A DNA stretch of 64,000 nucleotides, taken from Spirochaetota bacterium (lineage in GTDB: Bacteria; Spirochaetota; UBA4802; UBA5550). The DNA is taken from positions 2,368,001 through 2,432,000 of the forward strand of contig OY760686.1 in assembly GCA_963663865.1 (NCBI GenBank), given 5' to 3'. The notes under the pieces are model-generated. The model was given only the letters and a program-made list of their open reading frames with translations, made no database searches and was not told the DNA's origin. Of the stretch, positions 38,801 to 49,645 are shown piece by piece (position 1 is the first letter of the stretch; each line of letters opens with the position of its first letter). Made by a program: the position numbers and the translations under genes.

Positions 38801-41076
38801 TATCTATCAAGAACCTCTCTGACTACTGCAGCCAGTTCCTTCCTGTTAATTGGCTTATATATGAGCTTTTTTATCCCCGCCTCTTCAGCTATTTCATTAT
38901 TCATCGTATCGCTGTATCCGGTATACAGGATTATCCTTGCATCAGGACGGATTGATACAATTTTTTTTGCAAGGTTTAAACCTGTCATGTGCGGCATTGT
39001 CTGATCGGTTATTATCAGATCAAAGGAATATGGCGACCTGGTAAATATTTCCAGGGCCCTGACACTGCTGTTTGAGGTAGTCACTGAATAACCAAGAGAG
39101 CTTAAAACTTCCTCTCCCATCTCGAGAAGAAGTTCTTCATCATCCACAAACAACAGCCTCTCCTTCCCCAGCGATAAAACAGGTTCTTCATCATTCACTG
39201 TTTCATCCGGATCGGTGCAGACATAGGGCAGCAAAATTGTAAAGGAAGTACCTTTCCCCTGCTTGCTTGAGACAGATATTTCACCTCCGTGGTTTTTGAC
39301 AATTCCCTGAACTACAGCAAGTCCCATACCAGTCCCTCTGCCAACTTCTTTTGTCGTATAATATGGCTCAAAAATCCTCTCAATAATATCAGGAGGAATT
39401 CCATTCCCGTCATCCGAAATCGTAAGTTCCGCGTAAGGTCCTGTAACCAGTCCCTTAAACCTTTCCATATCTTCATCCGTTAGAATACGAGACGATAATG
39501 AGATTTTTATTACCCCGCCGTTTTCATCCATAGCATGTGACGCATTGGTACATAAATTCATTAATATCTGATGAATCTGTGTTGCGTCTGCATAGATAAG
39601 CCCATACTCCTTTTCTGAAGAAAATGATATTTCTATTGTCGAAGGCAGTGTTGAACGAATAAGCGTAATTTCTTCACTAATTATATCAGATAGCCTTACA
39701 TTTTTCTTTTCTTCACGTGTTTTTCTGCTAAAAACGAGTATCTGATGAATAAGTCTTTTTGCACGCTCAGAAAGCTTAAGAATTAAGTTATTATACTTCT
39801 GAACACGCTCATCAGTCTTTCCCTTTTCTACAGCGAGTTCAGCATAACCAATTATTCCCGTTAGTATATTGTTAAAATCATGAGCAATTCCTCCCGCAAG
39901 GGTGCCTATAGCTTCCATCTTGTGAAACTGCCTCATTGCATCATCAACCTTCTTGCGTTCGGTTATATCATAAAAAAGTCCAAGCACTCCAAAAATATAT
40001 CCTGAATCATTTCTCAATGGCGCTTCATTTATAAGAAAAAATTTTTCTCCGGATATTGGCAAAAACAAAGTCACTTCCCTGTCATAGACAGGTCTGCCTG
40101 ATGTCATGACTTCGTCCTCTATTTTTCTCAAAGACTCAGCGTCTTCATCAGTCCATGGCAGAGAATGATCGGTGTTACCGATTACCCTGTCAGAACTTTG
40201 TATCCTTAGAGCTTCTGCAAACGCCCTGTTACACCCGAGATATTTTAAAGATTTATCTTTCCAGAAAACATACTGTGGTATATTATCAAGGACGTTATTC
40301 AAAATCTCACTTTGTTCCAGCAGCTTATCTTCAGTTACTCTTCTTTCTTCAATTTCCATCTCGAGAGTGCTTCTTGATACTTCAAGCTCTTCAGCCATTC
40401 TGTTAATATCTTCGGCTAAATTCCCGATTTCATCTTTACTATCAAGCTCAATTTTTAAATCCAGGTTTCCTCTTTCAATCTCTTTAATCCCGGACTTTAG
40501 AACAGCAAAAGGTTTCGATAAAAAACGGGATATTATAATAGAAGTAAGCAGAGGTGCTATTATAATAATCAATAAGCTGATAATCACAAGGATATTCCTG
40601 TGTTCATCAAGATCTTCATCAATCGCGGTTTGTGATACTCCAAAATGAAGAACAGTATTTTCAGGCGCGCTTAAAAGAATCCTCAGATGCTGAATTCTCC
40701 TGCCGCTGCCGTCAACAATTGGCGTTACATCCACCATGGAAGAGTCCCCAATTGCTGAAAGAGAAAGCAATCCTCTCGGTACGCCTTTATTAAATGTATG
40801 AAGATAGACTTCCCCATTTTGTTCTGCAAAGATATAGTCAATGTAGGGGTCTATTTTTACGATTGAAGCATACAAGTTATATAGCTCAATCCTGTCATTT
40901 CTCAGGATATAGTCCTCTGACTTGAGAGCCGAAAGCCTGGCAAGCTCCTTTTCTGATCTTAAAACTGTATATCTGTGGTGTTTGAGTATCCACAAATGGG
41001 TGAAAAAAAACATACCCGCAATGATCACAAACGAAGAGATAAATACCAGAATAAAGATTTTGCGTGTAAATCTCAT
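38800..41076 (-). CDS. Hybrid sensor histidine kinase (HAMP-PAS-HisKA-HATPase-REC)
   Basis: LAGGIAHDFNNIL, NLCTNA, GTGMGL, FVDDE...TDQTMP. Confidence 0.93.
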   Translation of the reverse strand: MRFTRKIFILVFISSFVIIAGMFFFTHLWILKHHRYTVLRSEKELARLSALKSEDYILRNDRIELYNLYASIVKIDPYIDYIFAEQNGEVYLHTFNKGVPRGLLSLSAIGDSSMVDVTPIVDGSGRRIQHLRILLSAPENTVLHFGVSQTAIDEDLDEHRNILVIISLLIIIIAPLLTSIIISRFLSKPFAVLKSGIKEIERGNLDLKIELDSKDEIGNLAEDINRMAEELEVSRSTLEMEIEERRVTEDKLLEQSEILNNVLDNIPQYVFWKDKSLKYLGCNRAFAEALRIQSSDRVIGNTDHSLPWTDEDAESLRKIEDEVMTSGRPVYDREVTLFLPISGEKFFLINEAPLRNDSGYIFGVLGLFYDITERKKVDDAMRQFHKMEAIGTLAGGIAHDFNNILTGIIGYAELAVEKGKTDERVQKYNNLILKLSERAKRLIHQILVFSRKTREEKKNVRLSDIISEEITLIRSTLPSTIEISFSSEKEYGLIYADATQIHQILMNLCTNASHAMDENGGVIKISLSSRILTDEDMERFKGLVTGPYAELTISDDGNGIPPDIIERIFEPYYTTKEVGRGTGMGLAVVQGIVKNHGGEISVSSKQGKGTSFTILLPYVCTDPDETVNDEEPVLSLGKERLLFVDDEELLLEMGEEVLSSLGYSVTTSNSSVRALEIFTRSPYSFDLIITDQTMPHMTGLNLAKKIVSIRPDARIILYTGYSDTMNNEIAEEAGIKKLIYKPINRKELAAVVREVLDR

Positions 41077-41128
41077 TTAATCTGCCTGACTAAAGAGTAC
41101 TTTGCCTGGGTAAGCCCGGAGGTCCATT

Positions 41129-42112
41129 TCATTTTACAGGTTTCCTGCTGGTATATTTCAGAAGATCCCTGACCGATTCATAGTCCCCGTCATTCCCCGC
41201 CACAAATCTGTCAATTCTCAGCTCATTAAGAACTGCTCTACCTTCTGATTTTTTATGAATGGATAAGAATAATGAACGGATTTTTCTCTTTAAATTATCT
41301 TTCATTGAAGGATGTACGACTACAGGAGGCATTCCGTAAGGAGCAGACTTCTCAACAATAATTGTATTGCTTACTGAAGCCGGATCTTTCGCTGCGATAA
41401 ACTCATAAATCAGCGAATCAACAGCAGCTCCGTCAGCAATACCCTTCGCAACTGCACGTATCGAATTATCATGACTGTTTGAAAAAAAAGTACTCTTAAA
41501 GAAAGTATCTGTACTGTATCCTTTTTTTCCGACATAGTATACCGGAACCATGTACCCAGTGTTTGACAATGGATCAGTAAAGGCAAAAGTCTTTCCCCTG
41601 AAGCAGTCAAAAGTTTTTATTCCACTTTTTTTCGACGCTATGAAATAGGAGTAGTAAACCTTCTCTCCGTTACAGACTGGGACAGCTACAATCTCCATGC
41701 CGAAGTCACGCTTCCCAAGAACATAAGGCCCGGAGCACACAAAAGCTATATCAATCTTCTTTTGCTTCATCATCATATTTACTTCAGAGTATGTCTTCCT
41801 CTGTATGAAATCGACACTCCTTCCCAGCTCTTTTCCGACCAGCTTCAACAGCTCGACATAGTGCTTATATGTAGTGGAAGGTGAAATCATTGCGGCTACT
41901 GCAATCCTCAAAGGATTTTTCGTATCATTATCATCATGGCCAGATTCTGACACCACGTCATTGAAATCAATCTTGAGACGTTCACCGGCGAGAAGCTGAC
42001 TGCGCCTGGTATCGCCAATAATGCTCCCCGAAGAAGTTAAGAATATAAAACAGAGTATTAACGACTTATGGTGTTTAGCAGTATTCCCCATCACATCCTC
42101 TCGTGTGCGCAA
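41129..42112 (-). CDS. PhnD/PtxB-like periplasmic oxyanion-binding protein
   Basis: FAFTDPLSNTG, SHDNSI.AV..G.AD.A.VD, PP.VV motifs. Confidence 0.85.
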   Translation of the reverse strand: MRTREDVMGNTAKHHKSLILCFIFLTSSGSIIGDTRRSQLLAGERLKIDFNDVVSESGHDDNDTKNPLRIAVAAMISPSTTYKHYVELLKLVGKELGRSVDFIQRKTYSEVNMMMKQKKIDIAFVCSGPYVLGKRDFGMEIVAVPVCNGEKVYYSYFIASKKSGIKTFDCFRGKTFAFTDPLSNTGYMVPVYYVGKKGYSTDTFFKSTFFSNSHDNSIRAVAKGIADGAAVDSLIYEFIAAKDPASVSNTIIVEKSAPYGMPPVVVHPSMKDNLKRKIRSLFLSIHKKSEGRAVLNELRIDRFVAGNDGDYESVRDLLKYTSRKPVK

Positions 42113-42403
42113 ACTTAGCTTAATTCGTTCAAAGATTAAATATTATTCAGACCATCATAATCAAAGAAAACTTTTCGAATTATATCACAGGGATAGATAT
42201 ATTACATTATTTTTTTCAATAACGAATGGAAGAACCATAGTTCCAATTTTTATAGCGAACTTTTCAAATGTTTTTATTTATTTTATATTTTATGTATTTT
42301 TAAAAGTTTTTTGACCACTTATTTTCATATTTTGTTGACACTATTATACATTAGATTTTTCTGACAGAGAAACCGCATTAATGGAACCGGAGGCAATCCG
42401 AAA

Positions 42404-43396
42404 ATGAACAGATCAAAATACATCGCGGCGTCCACAGCCGTCCTTGCACTGATAGCCTTTTTCGCCTGGTACGGACTCAAGCCGTCCCCGATGATTATTC
42501 AGGGAGAGGTTGTTGCTGTCGAAGCAAAGGCCGCTGCCAAATTAACCGCGAGAGTCAGGGAGATACTCGTCAAGGAAGGAGAAACGGTCAAGGCAGGCCA
42601 GCTCCTCCTGAGGCTTGAGAGCCCCGAAATAGAAGCAAAATATAAACAGGCCAACGCCGCTCGCAGGGCGGCCGCGGCCCAGAACGCACAGGCCCTATCC
42701 GGCGCGAGACGAGAGACAATTGAGGCCGCGAAAAGCACATGGCTCAAGGCGGAGGCCGCCGCTGAACTTGCCGCCAAAACATTTGAAAGAAGCAGAAGGC
42801 TTTTTGACGCCGGAGTCATCCCCGAACAGAAGATGGACGAGGCCGAAACAAACAGGAAGGCTGCTGAACTCACGGCCAGGGCCGCACGAGCCAATTATGA
42901 CATGGCTCTCACCGGCGCACGCGACGAGGAAAAAAACGCCGCCTCGGCGCTTTTCGACAGGGCCTCAGGAGCGGTTTCCGAGGTCGAATCGTTTCTAAGC
43001 GAAACCGAGCTCAGGGCCCCCATTGACGGAGAGGTCACGGAGATTATGCCCAACACCGGGGAGCTGATCTCAGCCGGATATCCGTCAGTTATTATCACCG
43101 ACCTCTCTGACATACATGTAAGAATAAATCTAAGGGAGGATATGCTGACAGAAATCCGGATGGGCAGCATTATAAGCGCAGGCTTCCCGGCCCTGGGAAG
43201 CCGGAAGATAAAGCTCAGAGTAACCTATATTGCTCCAATGGGAGAGTTCGCTGCGTGGCGTGCCACCAGAACCAGCGGAGATTTTGACATGAAGACCTTC
43301 GAGATCAAAGCTGAACCAGTGAGCCGTGTTGAGGGGCTCAGGCCGGGAATGACCGCCGTCATCAGCTGGCCTCAGGATATTGAAAAGGTAAAATAG
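42404..43396 (+). CDS. HlyD-family membrane fusion protein
   Basis: VKEGETVKAGQLL lipoyl-like halves, coiled coil, LRAPIDG, LRPGM. Confidence 0.92.
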   Translation: MNRSKYIAASTAVLALIAFFAWYGLKPSPMIIQGEVVAVEAKAAAKLTARVREILVKEGETVKAGQLLLRLESPEIEAKYKQANAARRAAAAQNAQALSGARRETIEAAKSTWLKAEAAAELAAKTFERSRRLFDAGVIPEQKMDEAETNRKAAELTARAARANYDMALTGARDEEKNAASALFDRASGAVSEVESFLSETELRAPIDGEVTEIMPNTGELISAGYPSVIITDLSDIHVRINLREDMLTEIRMGSIISAGFPALGSRKIKLRVTYIAPMGEFAAWRATRTSGDFDMKTFEIKAEPVSRVEGLRPGMTAVISWPQDIEKVK

Positions 43397-44584
43397 ATGA
43401 ACTGGTTCACCGCGTTCAGGACAGTCTTTACAAGAGAGATCAGAACAATTCTAAACACAAGGCTCATCTTTACATTGACCATTGTTCTTCCGCTTGTCTC
43501 ATTCGCTCTGTTTGCCGCTATGTTCATCAGGGGCAGCGTCAGAGACCTTCCCATAGCTGTTATGGATGAGGACTCCTCCTCCCTGTCGCGCAAAATAACA
43601 TCGTCGCTCGACGCTCTGCCCTCTATAAATGTCGCCGAAAGCGCATCCTCGCTTTACGAAGGCAGGAAGCTTATCGAACAGGGCAGAGTTTTCGCGCTCA
43701 TATATCTTCAGAAGAACCTGCATGCGAAGATGCTCAGGGGAGAATCGCCCGGCGTGGTCTGCTTCTACAGCAACCAGAACCAGGTCGCGGGCGGCACCAT
43801 GCTCAAAGATATCACCGGAACAATCAGAGCCATCTCGGGCGGCATACTCGCGGACAGCTTTACGATGGCAGGGGTCCCCTCAGACGCGGTGCGCGCGCTT
43901 GTTGAACCCGTGCGGGTTGACACCCATACCCTCTTCAATCCGTTTATGAGCTACCTCTACTATCTGGCTTCAAGCCTTATGCCTACAATGCTTCAGTTTT
44001 TTATTCTGATCTGTTCCATTTATTCGCTTGGCTGTGAGCTGAAAATGGGCACAGGCGCGGAAGTCTACTCGGCAGCAGGAGAGCGGATAAGCGCCGTCAT
44101 TGCCGGAAAGCTTTTCCCATACACTGTCATCTTTGTGACCCTTGGCATGTTCATGCTTGCACTTTTCTTTTCATTTCTGAAATTTCCCTTAAAGGGCAGC
44201 CCCGCCCTCATAGCAGGGGCCACAGTTCTTCTCGTTATTGCTTATCAGTCTGTCGCTGTATTCTACGTTTCAATAAGCGGAAAGCTTATCATGGCGCTGC
44301 TCTCAGCATCATTCTACGCGAGCACGGCATTTACGTTTATCGGCATGACATTCCCCTACATCTCAATGTACTGGCCGGCGCAGCTATGGGCCAACCTGCT
44401 GCCTCTGTACCATTACACAAAGATATACATGGATTCCGCGCTAAAGGGCCTCCCAATTAATTACACGGCCGCATCGTTTATGGCTCTCTTTGCCTTTATA
44501 TTGCTGCCGCTTTTGACGGCCCCGAGGCTTCGCAGGCTTTACAGGGAATCATCGTTTCCAGAATGCCGGGGAGGACTCAGTTGA
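43397..44584 (+). CDS. ABC-2 type exporter permease
   Basis: LPIAVMDED.S.LSR, FNP..SY, 6 TM pattern. Confidence 0.88.
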   Translation: MNWFTAFRTVFTREIRTILNTRLIFTLTIVLPLVSFALFAAMFIRGSVRDLPIAVMDEDSSSLSRKITSSLDALPSINVAESASSLYEGRKLIEQGRVFALIYLQKNLHAKMLRGESPGVVCFYSNQNQVAGGTMLKDITGTIRAISGGILADSFTMAGVPSDAVRALVEPVRVDTHTLFNPFMSYLYYLASSLMPTMLQFFILICSIYSLGCELKMGTGAEVYSAAGERISAVIAGKLFPYTVIFVTLGMFMLALFFSFLKFPLKGSPALIAGATVLLVIAYQSVAVFYVSISGKLIMALLSASFYASTAFTFIGMTFPYISMYWPAQLWANLLPLYHYTKIYMDSALKGLPINYTAASFMALFAFILLPLLTAPRLRRLYRESSFPECRGGLS

Positions 44585-45771
44585 TAAGATACATCCTTAA
44601 AATAATAAGACCTGAAATGATTTTTGCCGTTATGGTCCGCGAATACAAACGGATTGGTTCGGATATCGCCGTTATTACGCTTTTCCTTGGAGTACAGATT
44701 CTTTATCCGATCATCTACCCGCTGGGCTTCTACGGCGGTCACGCCAATGTAAGGGAACTCCCGGTCGCCGTAGTTGACCTGGACAAGTCAGCTGCTTCCC
44801 GTCAGTTCATATCAATGGCTGACGCGAATGAGAACATTGAAGTCCGTTATAGACAGGAGTCACTCTCCGAGGCCGTCAGTCTTTTCAACTCGGGCAAAGC
44901 AAGCGGAATAATTGTTATACCCGGGGAATTTTCGCGCAACATCTACAACGCTGAACAGGCGGCAGTGTCCGTCTACTGCGACGCAAGCCTTTTTTACATC
45001 TACAAGCAGGTACTTCTCGGCGTAAAAACAACGGCAGGATACATGTCTGCCGGAGTGCAGATCAAGCGCCTCACCGCAAAGGGCATGTCTTCCGCAGAGG
45101 CCGCTCGCAGGAGAGACCCGCTGCCCTTAATCTCTTACCCGCTGTATAATCCTTCCAGCTCCTATATGGACTATCTTCTTCCGGGAGTTCTTCTGATGAT
45201 TCTTCAGCAGACGCTGATAATCGGAATAGGCACCTTAGCCGGCATATCGCGGGAAAGCGGCGATCTTTCACAGGAGAGAGAGCAAATCAGTCAATATGGT
45301 CTCTTAAGGTTCATCATTGGCCGTGCATCAGCATATCTCTCCATATTCATTCTACACTCGTTCTATTTCTTCACTGCAGTTTTTAAATTCCATTCACTGC
45401 CGATGAAGACCGGCATATTGAGCCTTATGCTCTTTACGCTTCCATTTCTAACTGCCTCAGTGTTTCTCGGAATGTCACTATCCGTCTTTTTCCAAAAGAG
45501 AGAATCCGCGCTGATGATAATGCTGTTCAGCACCATCCCGCTTTTTCTTTTAAGCGGATACAGCTGGCCCCTGTTCTGCATGCCCGCTCCGCTTCAGATA
45601 ATCTCTCAGATAATTCCGTCAACCCCAGGGCTGGCCGGCTATACTCGAATGACATCTATGGGCGCGACTTTCAGCGACGTTCTACCGGAATGGCTCTCAT
45701 TGTTCTCTCTGAGCCTTGTTTACTTTTTAACGACTTATTTTCTCTTCAGGAGGTTATATAAAGCATCATGA
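44563..45771 (+). CDS. ABC-2 type exporter permease (start uncertain)
   Basis: LPVAVVDLD.S..SR, YNP...Y..YLLP, LSGYSWP. Confidence 0.88.
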   Translation: MPGRTQLIRYILKIIRPEMIFAVMVREYKRIGSDIAVITLFLGVQILYPIIYPLGFYGGHANVRELPVAVVDLDKSAASRQFISMADANENIEVRYRQESLSEAVSLFNSGKASGIIVIPGEFSRNIYNAEQAAVSVYCDASLFYIYKQVLLGVKTTAGYMSAGVQIKRLTAKGMSSAEAARRRDPLPLISYPLYNPSSSYMDYLLPGVLLMILQQTLIIGIGTLAGISRESGDLSQEREQISQYGLLRFIIGRASAYLSIFILHSFYFFTAVFKFHSLPMKTGILSLMLFTLPFLTASVFLGMSLSVFFQKRESALMIMLFSTIPLFLLSGYSWPLFCMPAPLQIISQIIPSTPGLAGYTRMTSMGATFSDVLPEWLSLFSLSLVYFLTTYFLFRRLYKAS

Positions 45772-47270
45772 TATATTTTAGATACACTCACCTCAGGTTC
45801 CTTCTAACGGCGTTTCTGGCAGCCTCATGTTTCACAGTTTTCGCCGGAGATGTGTACGCGGAGGAAGGCGTGCCTCTTGACTTCGACGAAGCAGTACTGA
45901 TAATGATGCAGTCAAACCAGCTCCTCAATGCGGCAAAGCAGGAAAGCGAAAAAACATCATATGAAATCAACGCCGCCAGAGGTCTCTTCTTTCCGAAGAT
46001 TGATTTAATGTTCACATATACGCACCTGAGCGGCCCCATACAGATGGATTTCAACCCTCTGAAGGAAGCCATGATCGGTCTGTCATCGCAGGCATACGCC
46101 GCTAACGCGGCGGCAAACGCCGGGTACGCGGGCGACAGCAGTGTGATCTCACAGTACGCAGAGGCCTTTGCTGCACAGGCTCATGCCAACCCTGAGCTCG
46201 CGGATTCACACTTCATCGAAACGGTACAGAAACAGGACTTCTGGATGGCGGCGGCTGCAATAAGACAGCCGATATTTACCGGCGGAAAGATTATCGCGGC
46301 GAACAGGGCGGCTGAAGCAAGGCACAGGGTATCACATTACAAAGTTGCCTATACGGAAAACTTTCTGATTTCCCAGCTTGTTCAGAGGTACTACGGATAC
46401 AGCCTCGCTCTGAAGGTTGTTGATGTAAGAACCGAGGCGCTTGAAGGAATACAAAAGCACGCTGAAGATGCAAGGGCCATGTTCGCCAACGGCGTAATCT
46501 CCAAAGCTGAACTCCTTCACGCCGAAGTGGCTCTTACCGAAGCCAACCGCGAGCTGGTAAGGTCTAAAAGAGACGCTGACACCGCGCTGGCCGGGCTGAA
46601 AAACACACTCTCGACTTCCGGGAATGTCATTCCAGGGTCAGAGCTATTCTTTGTTGATAAAATACAGCCTGTAGAATACTTCCGGCAGAAGGCTCTTGAA
46701 AAAAATCCGGTTCTACTTCAACTTACAGCAAACAGAGACCTCGCTCATCAGGGCTATATGAAGGAGCTTGCCGGTATGTCTCCAGACATATTTCTTTTCG
46801 GATCAATGAACCTCTACGAGCATAATCTGACAAGATATGCTCCCGACTGGTTCGTTGGCGCCGGGGCCAAATACACATTATTCGAAGGAATGAAAAACTA
46901 CAATGAAATCAGAGCCGCAAAGGCAACCGAGAAACAGGTTGAAAGCGCCCTAAAAAAAGCAAGGCTGGATATCAATACACTTGTTGAAAAAAACTACAAT
47001 GAGCTGATCAACGACGTTGAACAGCTGAAGAGTTTTTCAACCTCGCTGGAATTCGCCAATGAATTTCTGAGAGTAAGGGAAAAGGCCTTCAAGGAAGGCT
47101 TCGCCGCTTCCGCGGATGTTGTGGACGCACGGCTGAACCTTTCAAAAGTCACTATTGAAAAGCTCCAGGCAATGTACCAGTTCGACCTCTCGCTTGCCAG
47201 GCTTCTCGAAGCCTGCGGCATTAGCAATGATTTTGATGCCTATAGAAGTAAAGCACTAAATATTGAATAA
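45768..47270 (+). CDS. TolC-family outer-membrane efflux protein
   Basis: Two OEP repeats (FFPKIDL, QPIFTGG, YTLFEG); completes the efflux operon. Confidence 0.9.
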   Translation: MIYFRYTHLRFLLTAFLAASCFTVFAGDVYAEEGVPLDFDEAVLIMMQSNQLLNAAKQESEKTSYEINAARGLFFPKIDLMFTYTHLSGPIQMDFNPLKEAMIGLSSQAYAANAAANAGYAGDSSVISQYAEAFAAQAHANPELADSHFIETVQKQDFWMAAAAIRQPIFTGGKIIAANRAAEARHRVSHYKVAYTENFLISQLVQRYYGYSLALKVVDVRTEALEGIQKHAEDARAMFANGVISKAELLHAEVALTEANRELVRSKRDADTALAGLKNTLSTSGNVIPGSELFFVDKIQPVEYFRQKALEKNPVLLQLTANRDLAHQGYMKELAGMSPDIFLFGSMNLYEHNLTRYAPDWFVGAGAKYTLFEGMKNYNEIRAAKATEKQVESALKKARLDINTLVEKNYNELINDVEQLKSFSTSLEFANEFLRVREKAFKEGFAASADVVDARLNLSKVTIEKLQAMYQFDLSLARLLEACGISNDFDAYRSKALNIE

Positions 47271-47276
47271 ACAGAA

Positions 47277-47299
47277 AGGGCCGCCCTGGAGGCGGCCCT
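47277..47299. terminator. Hairpin between convergent TolC and hppA genes
   Basis: agggccgcc-ctgga-ggcggccct. Confidence 0.7.
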
Positions 47300-47320
47300 G
47301 AAGAGTTAACATATTGTGAA

Positions 47321-49645
47321 TTAGAAACCAAGCCACTCTGAGATAGCCGGTGAGTACTTCACTATAACACCGGCAAAAACCACAGAGACCATAGTCATGA
47401 GTTTTATCAGAATGTTGAGTGAAGGTCCTGATGTGTCTTTGAACGGATCGCCTACAGTATCGCCCACTACAGCAGCTTTGTGGCTGTCAGAACCCTTTCC
47501 TCCATGATTGCCCTTCTCGATAAACTTCTTTGCATTGTCCCACGCGCCGCCGGAGTTGTTCAACAGACAGGCAAGTGAGAATCCGGCGGTTAGGCCGCCG
47601 ACGAGAAGACCCATTACACCCGGGACCCCCAGGAAAAGCCCTGTTACAACCGGAATAACTATAGCCATAAGGGACGGAACGAGCATCTCCTTCTGCGCTC
47701 CTGCCGTCGAGATTGCAACACATCGCGCGTAATCAGGCTTATCCTTTCCAGTCAGAATGCCCGGAAGTTCCCTGAACTGTCTCCTCACCTCGTCGATCAT
47801 CGCGCCTGCTGCCCTTCCGACTGCCTTCATGGTCATGGCACTGAAGAGGAAAGCCATCATTGCGCCCAGGAAGATACCGCAGAGCACCTTTGGATTCATA
47901 AGGGTGATATCGTATGCCCTGGTAAAATCGCTGATCTTAGCGAAATGTGCAAGTATGTTGTTTGCGTCAGCAGTAACTCCTTCCGGGAGTATGTTGTAAA
48001 ACTTGATTTCGCCTACCTGAACAAAGCCCTGTCCCGCGAGCTTGCCAAGCCATATCTTGATCTCTTCAAGATAGGCGGAAAGCAGAGCAAGAGCGGTGAG
48101 TGCAGCTGAACCGATCGCGAACCCTTTTCCTGTCGCGGCTGTCGTGTTGCCAAGCATGTCAAGGGCGTCTGTTCTCTGACGAACCTCAGGCCCGAGACCG
48201 CTCATCTCCGCGTTGCCGCCCGCATTGTCGGCTATAGGCCCATAGGCATCTGTAGCAAGCGTAATACCGAGTGTTGAAAGCATACCGACTGCGGCAAATC
48301 CTATACCGTAAAGCCCCATGGCCATGCTTTCAAAGCCGCCGGAAACACCGTACGCGACCAGAATACCGACCACTATCGTGAAAACCGGAATAGCTGTTGA
48401 ATACATTCCTGTTGCGATACCTTCAATGATTGTTGTCGCATAACCCATCTTTGTCTGTTCAGCGATACCCTGTGTTGGCTTGTACTCGTCCGATGTATAA
48501 TATTCAGTAGACTGTCCAATTATCAGACCGGCAATAAGTCCTGTCACTACCGCTCCAAATATTCCCCATGTAATAAAATCGGTGTATGCCATAAAAGCGA
48601 TAGCCGCAAGAATCAATGCCGAGCTGCCCCATACGCCGATATTCAGCGATCTGAGCAGGTTCTTCATTGTTGCATCTTCCTTTGTTCGGACGGCGAATAT
48701 ACCGAGAACAGAGAAAACTATGCCGAGGCCGGCGACAATCATCGGAGCTATAACAGCCTTAAGGCCTCCAATCCCGCCGCTGAGAGGAAGGGCTGCTCCA
48801 AGGGCCGCGGTCGCGAGTATTGATCCGCAGTAGGACTCGTACAGGTCGGCGCCCATACCTGCCACGTCACCGACATTATCCCCCACATTGTCCGCTATAG
48901 TAGCCGGGTTTCTGGGGTCGTCTTCAGGAATACCTGCCTCTACCTTCCCGACCAGGTCAGCACCAACGTCCGCCGCTTTGGTAAAAATACCTCCGCCGAC
49001 CCTGGCGAAAAGGGCCTGAGTTGAAGCACCCATACCGAATGTAATCATGGTCGTTGTTATCTCAACAAGCTTGGCTTTCTGGAACTCCGCGGTACTGATG
49101 AGATCCATGCTGAAAACGCTTGCAGACTCTATCTTGTGCATCAGCACCTGGCTAACGCCCCATATATTGTTATCGTAGAAGAAGTTTAGAAGGATATACC
49201 ACGCGGAAATATCAATGAGGCCAAAGCCGACAACAACGAGCCCCATAACAGCTCCTGAACGGAAGGCCACTTTCAATCCTGAATTAAGCGATTTGGAAGC
49301 TCCCTGCGCTGTTCTTGAAGAAGCGTTTGTAGCGGTGCGCATTCCAAGATATCCGCAAAGTCCCGAGAAAAAACCGCCAGTAAGAAAGGCTACCGGGACA
49401 AAGGGGTTCTGAACGCCCAAAAAGGCAAGCACTGTGAATATAACCAGAAGGATGAGAAACACTATTGAAACGACCTTGTATTGCCTGTATAGATAAGCGA
49501 GAGCGCCCTCTCTGACGTGACCGGCAATCTCTACCATTTTCGCGTTACCCTCATCGGATTTCATCATGGATTTATAAAAAATCCACGCGAAAAGCAGAGC
49601 CACTATTGAGCCGATCGGCGCAATATAAAACAAACTGTTTTCCAT
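47321..49645 (-). CDS. hppA: Membrane-bound ion-translocating pyrophosphatase (K+-dependent, probably Na+,H+ subfamily)
   Basis: GGIFTKAADVGADLVGKVE, DNVGDNVGD, GNTTAATGKG, GDTVGDPFKD. Confidence 0.95.
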   Translation of the reverse strand: MENSLFYIAPIGSIVALLFAWIFYKSMMKSDEGNAKMVEIAGHVREGALAYLYRQYKVVSIVFLILLVIFTVLAFLGVQNPFVPVAFLTGGFFSGLCGYLGMRTATNASSRTAQGASKSLNSGLKVAFRSGAVMGLVVVGFGLIDISAWYILLNFFYDNNIWGVSQVLMHKIESASVFSMDLISTAEFQKAKLVEITTTMITFGMGASTQALFARVGGGIFTKAADVGADLVGKVEAGIPEDDPRNPATIADNVGDNVGDVAGMGADLYESYCGSILATAALGAALPLSGGIGGLKAVIAPMIVAGLGIVFSVLGIFAVRTKEDATMKNLLRSLNIGVWGSSALILAAIAFMAYTDFITWGIFGAVVTGLIAGLIIGQSTEYYTSDEYKPTQGIAEQTKMGYATTIIEGIATGMYSTAIPVFTIVVGILVAYGVSGGFESMAMGLYGIGFAAVGMLSTLGITLATDAYGPIADNAGGNAEMSGLGPEVRQRTDALDMLGNTTAATGKGFAIGSAALTALALLSAYLEEIKIWLGKLAGQGFVQVGEIKFYNILPEGVTADANNILAHFAKISDFTRAYDITLMNPKVLCGIFLGAMMAFLFSAMTMKAVGRAAGAMIDEVRRQFRELPGILTGKDKPDYARCVAISTAGAQKEMLVPSLMAIVIPVVTGLFLGVPGVMGLLVGGLTAGFSLACLLNNSGGAWDNAKKFIEKGNHGGKGSDSHKAAVVGDTVGDPFKDTSGPSLNILIKLMTMVSVVFAGVIVKYSPAISEWLGF

